Assembly (NCBI GenBank): GCA_038851325.1
Contig: JAWCKZ010000013.1
Coordinates: forward strand, 1 to 18,530
DNA length: 18,530 bases
Reading direction: 5' to 3'
Origin: Candidatus Bilamarchaeaceae archaeon
Lineage (GTDB): Archaea > Micrarchaeota > Micrarchaeia > Anstonellales > Bilamarchaeaceae
The notes below the pieces were generated by a model. That model was not told where the DNA came from. It did not search any database and was given only the letters and a program-made list of their open reading frames with translations. Both the position numbers and the translations under genes were made by a program. The first letter of the stretch is position 1; every line of letters begins with the position of its first letter. Positions 14,210 to 18,530 of this stretch are shown here, piece by piece.

Positions 14210-16543
14210 TTAATCTTCGTCGGCTGGTGGTTCTTTTTTCTTCATATCCTTTGTGAGTTCAGCCAACCTCCGAAGGATAACCTTTTGTTCTGCGCTCTGA
14301 ACTATCCTTCTTGTTCGTTCTATCGCATCTGGGTTAACAGAGATGCTTGTTATTCCAAATTCGACAAGTTTCTCTGCGAACTCTGGATACACGCTCGGTG
14401 CCTGTCCGCAGAGAGAGCACGTAACACCATACTCATTGCAGGTACTAATGACTTTCTCCAGCGCTCTAAGAACTGCTTCGTTTCTTTCATCAAATCCCTT
14501 GGCCATGGTTGCGTTATCCCTATCTATACCGAGAACAAGTTGCGTTAAATCGTTCGTTCCTATCGAAACACCATCTATACCTTCTTCGCAGAATTTGTCA
14601 ATCAGAAGCACTGTGCTTGGAACCTCAACCATAATCCAAAGTTTGAAATCGCGTGTTCTGTATATCCCAACCTCATGCAGAAGTTCGCGAATAGCGCGAA
14701 GCTCTCCAATCCGTCTTACAAATGGTATCATAAGCCACAGATTCTTGAGATTGTATTCATCTCTCACCTTTTTTATTGCCCTGAGCTCGAGTTTAAAGAC
14801 ATCTGGTTCTCTTATGTATCTCGCTGCGCCTCTGTAACCCATCATTGGATTTTCTTCATGAGGTTCGTATTTTTCCCCGCCTTCAAGGCTTCGATACTCA
14901 TTTGTCTTGAAATCTGTGGCACGATAAACAACCGGCCGTGGATAGAAGGCAGCAGCAAACCTGCGAAGACCTGCTGCCAGTTTATCTATATACTCCTGCT
15001 CTCTCTTTTCTTCTATCATTTTCCGTGGATGGACGCCTATGTTTGCTATCATGAACTCTGCGCGAAGAAGCCCAACGCCGTCGACAGGCAGTTTGGCTAT
15101 CCGCTCTGCTTGATCGACATCAGCAAGATTCACATAAATTTTTGTACCAGTTATAGGCGCAAATTCCGCTAGTGCAGTTGGTGCGGTGACTTCTCCTCTT
15201 TTTTCAGCGCTTAACATGCCTTCATAAACGATCCCATGCGTGCCATCAACACTTATTACCTGTCCATCTTTAAGCAGCTTGCTTGCGTTTCCTGTGCCGA
15301 CTACACACGGAATGCCCAATTCGCGTGAAACAATGGCAGCATGGCTTGTTGTTCCGCCGGTGTCAGTTACGATTGCAGCCGCCTTTTTCATAGCAGGAAC
15401 AAAATCTGGGGTTGTCATCTCGGTTACAAGCACATCCCCTTTTTCCATCTTTTTTAGCTCTGCAGGACTTTTTATTATCTTTACTGGTCCCATTCCAATG
15501 CCAGGAGAAGCACCGACTCCCTGCACAAGAACCTTCAACTCCTCTATCGGCTTTCCGCTCTTTTCCTCAGTCGCTCGCTCCTCCTTTTTAAGCGTTGTTA
15601 TCGGCCTTGATTGAACGATATAGATATTCTCCTTTTCTATAGCATACTCAATGTCCTGTGGAAAGTTGTAGTGCTGCTCTATTCTGGCTGCGATTTTTGC
15701 AAGATCGCGTATTTCTGTGTCTGTCAACTTTTGAATTTCTTGCATCTCAGGTTTTATCTCAACACGCTTATTCTCGTCGGCAACCCTTACAAGCATCCAT
15801 GGTTGTTTTGATATTTTTTTGTCAACTATCCTGAAATCGCGCTTATCAACCTTGTATGTATCAGGAGTGATCTGTCCACTAACAACTGTTTCTCCAAGGC
15901 CGAAACCAGCTTCTATAGAGATGGTATTCCTATCTTGCGTCATCGGGTCAACAGTAAACATCACCCCTGCCTTTTCGCTTTGAACCATCATCTGCACAAC
16001 TGCAGCAAGCCCAACCTTCATGTGATCAAACTTGTTCTGCGTCCTGTAGAAGATTGCTCTTGGTTCAAAAAGAGACGCCCAGCATCGTTTTACTGCGTTC
16101 ACAACCGCTTCAGTCCCATGAACGTTCAAGAATGTTGCCTGTTGGCCAGCAAAGGAAGCTGTTGGGAGATCCTCTGCAGTTGCAGAACTCCTCACCGCTA
16201 CGAGCACCTCTCGCCCAAGCGCGGTGCACAACTCGCCGTATGCCTTAACTACGTCCCTTCGAACATCATCCGGCATTCTACCGTTGAGTATCATGGTTTT
16301 TATTTCATCGGCTACCTTATGAAGCGCTTCTGAGTCGTTCACATCGAGTTTGTCAAGGAGATTCTTTATCCTTTCACGAAGATTGTTTGCATCGAGATGC
16401 TTAAAATAAGCGCTACTTGTTACAACAAAACCGTTTGGTATGGGAAAACCAGCTTCAAGCATTTCACCAAGATTTGCACCTTTTCCACCTGCTTCCGCAA
16501 GGTTATTTTTATTCAACTCTCTAAACCACATCACATTTTTCAT
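14210..16543 (-). CDS. ppsA: Phosphoenolpyruvate synthase (pyruvate, water dikinase)
   Basis: GGKGANLGEM, VAVRSSATAED..SFAGQQ, GGTTSHAAIVSRELG, EENPMMGYRG, SIGTNDLTQ and LCGQAPS. GGTGA upstream favours ATG 16543. Confidence 0.97.
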   Translation of the reverse strand: MKNVMWFRELNKNNLAEAGGKGANLGEMLEAGFPIPNGFVVTSSAYFKHLDANNLRERIKNLLDKLDVNDSEALHKVADEIKTMILNGRMPDDVRRDVVKAYGELCTALGREVLVAVRSSATAEDLPTASFAGQQATFLNVHGTEAVVNAVKRCWASLFEPRAIFYRTQNKFDHMKVGLAAVVQMMVQSEKAGVMFTVDPMTQDRNTISIEAGFGLGETVVSGQITPDTYKVDKRDFRIVDKKISKQPWMLVRVADENKRVEIKPEMQEIQKLTDTEIRDLAKIAARIEQHYNFPQDIEYAIEKENIYIVQSRPITTLKKEERATEEKSGKPIEELKVLVQGVGASPGIGMGPVKIIKSPAELKKMEKGDVLVTEMTTPDFVPAMKKAAAIVTDTGGTTSHAAIVSRELGIPCVVGTGNASKLLKDGQVISVDGTHGIVYEGMLSAEKRGEVTAPTALAEFAPITGTKIYVNLADVDQAERIAKLPVDGVGLLRAEFMIANIGVHPRKMIEEKREQEYIDKLAAGLRRFAAAFYPRPVVYRATDFKTNEYRSLEGGEKYEPHEENPMMGYRGAARYIREPDVFKLELRAIKKVRDEYNLKNLWLMIPFVRRIGELRAIRELLHEVGIYRTRDFKLWIMVEVPSTVLLIDKFCEEGIDGVSIGTNDLTQLVLGIDRDNATMAKGFDERNEAVLRALEKVISTCNEYGVTCSLCGQAPSVYPEFAEKLVEFGITSISVNPDAIERTRRIVQSAEQKVILRRLAELTKDMKKKEPPADED

Positions 16544-16648
16544 ACATCTCACCGCCAGCTGACATATACGTCTTCAAACACGATCCTTAATGGAATTTAA
16601 GTGAATATCAGGATTAAGTTTATAATAGTTTTTCATTTGCACGTAACA

Positions 16649-16769
16649 GTCTAAGAATTCTCACGACGTAGAATTTTCAATCAACGAAGTGAAAATTGCG
16701 TTCAAATGCACATTTGCAAAATAAAAGCGCTCACTTTCGTCGTGTTCGGAGGATTTTTTAACCCTTACG
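16649..16769. repeat. Dispersed intergenic element, copy B
   Basis: GTCTAAGAATT-N11-GAATTTT ... GGAGGATTTTTTAACCCTTACG, with a palindromic core. Confidence 0.65.
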
Positions 16770-16785
16770 ATAGAGGTGTTCTATA

Positions 16786-16812
16786 AAAAGAGAAAATAAA
16801 AAATCAAAAAAA
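16786..16812 (-). terminator. Oligo-T terminator downstream of tuf
   Basis: The - strand reads TTTTTTTGATTTTTTTATTTTCTCTTTT ~15 nt after the stop codon. Confidence 0.55.
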
Positions 16813-16826
16813 CGCCGCGACTTTGA

Positions 16827-18098
16827 TTACTGCGCCTTTGGCGTCACACCAAGAACTACACCAGCGGCTACTGTTTGACCCATATCACGAATAGCAAATC
16901 TGCCGAGAGGCGGGAAATCCTGGAACTTCTCAAGCACTACCGGCTTCGTAGGTTGTATCCTCACTATTGCTACGTCCCCTGTTTTTATGAAATCCGGATT
17001 CTGCTGAAGCGTCTGACCTGTTTTTGGATCCTTCTTTTCTTTGATTTCTATAAATTTACCTGCAAATTGTGCAGTATGGACATGGAAAACAGGAGTATAA
17101 CCAACTGAGATTGCTGTTGGGTGGTTGAGAACAACAATTTGCGCAAGAAAGTCTTGCACAACTGTAGGAGGACTGCTCACTGGACCGACAACATCTCCTC
17201 TTTTGATGTCCTTCTTCTCGACACCCTTAAGGTTAAAGCCGATGTTGTCTCCAGGCACCGCCTCTGTAAGTTGTTTATGATGCATCTCTATACTTTTTAC
17301 CTCGCCCTTTACACCAGAAGGCATTACTATAACTTGGTCTCCTGGTTTAAGAACACCAGTTTCAACTCTGCCAACTGGAACCGTGCCGTGACCGGTAATC
17401 GTGAACACATCTTGAATAGGAAGTCTCAACGGCTTGTTTATCGGTTTTGGCGGAACTGCGAATGTATCAAATACTTCCAGCAGTGTCGGACCAGTATACC
17501 AAGGCATGTTTGCCGATTTCTTCGTTACATTATCTCCAGCATAACTTGAGCACGGTACAAAGTGGATCTTCGAAACATCATAACCGATTCCCTTAAGGAG
17601 CTTCTCTGCTTCCCCCTTAACCTTGTTGTATTCTGCTTGACTGTAGTTAACCGCATCCATTTTGTTCATATTAACAGCAATTTGATTTATACCTAACACT
17701 TTAGCAAGGAATGCGTGTTCTTTCGTCTGCGGCTGGATTCCGTCCTTCACAGAGATAACAAGCACTGCAGCATCTGCCTGGCTCGTACCAGTAATCATAT
17801 TCTTTACGAAGTCTCTGTGGCCTGGTGCGTCAATAATCGTACAATAATATTTTGGCGTTTCAAATTCCCTATGTGAAACGTCTATAGTAACACCACGTTC
17901 GCGCTCCTCTTTCAATTCGTCCATGACGAACGCGAATTCAAATGTTACCTTCCCAACCTTCGCCGCCTCTTCCTTGAGCCTGTTAAGGGCTTGCTCGGAG
18001 ATAGCGCCAGTTTCATACAAAATCCGTCCTACCGTGGTCGACTTTCCAGAGTCGACATGCCCGATAAAGACTAAATTCAGGTGTTCCTTCTTTGCCAT
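16827..18098 (-). CDS. tuf: Translation elongation factor EF-1alpha
   Basis: [30 protein letters not shown] and [17 protein letters not shown] Shine-Dalgarno. Confidence 0.99.
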   Translation of the reverse strand: MAKKEHLNLVFIGHVDSGKSTTVGRILYETGAISEQALNRLKEEAAKVGKVTFEFAFVMDELKEERERGVTIDVSHREFETPKYYCTIIDAPGHRDFVKNMITGTSQADAAVLVISVKDGIQPQTKEHAFLAKVLGINQIAVNMNKMDAVNYSQAEYNKVKGEAEKLLKGIGYDVSKIHFVPCSSYAGDNVTKKSANMPWYTGPTLLEVFDTFAVPPKPINKPLRLPIQDVFTITGHGTVPVGRVETGVLKPGDQVIVMPSGVKGEVKSIEMHHKQLTEAVPGDNIGFNLKGVEKKDIKRGDVVGPVSSPPTVVQDFLAQIVVLNHPTAISVGYTPVFHVHTAQFAGKFIEIKEKKDPKTGQTLQQNPDFIKTGDVAIVRIQPTKPVVLEKFQDFPPLGRFAIRDMGQTVAAGVVLGVTPKAQ

Positions 18099-18160
18099 AG
18101 TTTTACCTCCTCATAGAATTTACCTTAAGATAAAAAGGCAAATTGTTTTATATGACGAAA

Positions 18161-18172
18161 TTTTATAAAGCT
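18161..18172 (-). promoter_or_regulatory. Putative TATA box for tuf
   Basis: The - strand reads AGCTTTATAAAA ~65 nt upstream of the ATG. Confidence 0.55.
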
Positions 18173-18175
18173 TTG

Positions 18176-18530
18176 CCTCCCTAAAACGCAGGGAGGGGGC
18201 TGATGTTTTCTCCTATTCCCCTCCCTTCATTTTTAGGGCTAATTCTGATTCCCTCCCTAAAACGCAGGGAGGGGGCTGATGTTTTCTCCTATTCCCCTCC
18301 CTTCATTTTTAGGGCTAATTCTGATTCCCTCCCTAAAACGCAGGGAGGGGGCTGATGTTTTCTCCTATTCCCCTCCCTTCATTTTTAGGGCTAATTCTGA
18401 TTCCCTCCCTAAAACGCAGGGAGGGGGCTGATGTTTTCTCCTATTCCCCTCCCTTCATTTTTAGGGCTAATTCTGATTCCCTCCCTAAAACGCAGGGAGG
18501 GGGCTGATGTTTTCTCCTATTCCCCTCCCT
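18176..18530. repeat. Perfect 76-bp tandem repeat, at least 4.7 copies, each unit a long hairpin
   Basis: Units start at 18176, 18252, 18328, 18404 and 18480. Each folds as CCCTAAAA/TTTTAGGG plus AGGGAGGGG/CCCCTCCCT. No spacers. Confidence 0.97.

Noticed and set aside
12689..16769. Integron attC or Xer dif sites
   Set aside because: Cores are TAAG/CTTA rather than TAAC/GTTA, there are no symmetric L boxes or 11-6-11 dif geometry, and the enclosed genes are housekeeping.
14045..18168. Long + strand ORFs opposite ppsA and tuf (and similar ones opposite the ABC and r-protein genes)
   Set aside because: Antisense shadow frames of conserved genes.
18176..18530. CRISPR array or replication-origin ORB repeats
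   Set aside because: Units are identical over all 76 bp with no variable spacers and no cas genes in the window. A G-string is present but not the TCCA..GAAA ORB core, and there is no cdc6/orc1 in view.

Overview
Archaeal window, probably a DPANN lineage such as Micrarchaeota (taxonomy inferred from gene style, not shown directly). The + strand carries an S10-like ribosomal protein operon (uL3-uL4-uL23-uL2-uS19-uL22-uS3-uL29-aIF1/SUI1-Rpp29). It runs head-on into a stand-alone 23S rRNA gene on the - strand (~5563-9238, no adjacent 16S or 5S). Next come an ABC-2 exporter with a small Cys-rich surface protein, rpoL, an atypical signal peptidase I, PEP synthase, EF-1alpha, and a perfect 76-bp hairpin tandem array running off the right edge. 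The main discovery is that the 23S gene is interrupted by ten ORF-less introns of 40-263 nt (747 nt in total; removing them leaves ~2.93 kb). Each junction fits a strict or relaxed bulge-helix-bulge (BHB) motif with a common AN^A 5' bulge. The introns share sequence modules in mosaic fashion (a GGUUUUUAG loop, ACGCGCAAC...GGAGCGCGGC arms, an AAAAGUUUCAUCAAAA motif), suggesting a family of mini-introns spreading without a cis-encoded homing endonuclease. There is also a two-copy intergenic element with conserved ends and unrelated cores. E. coli 23S numbers are from manual alignment and are approximate.
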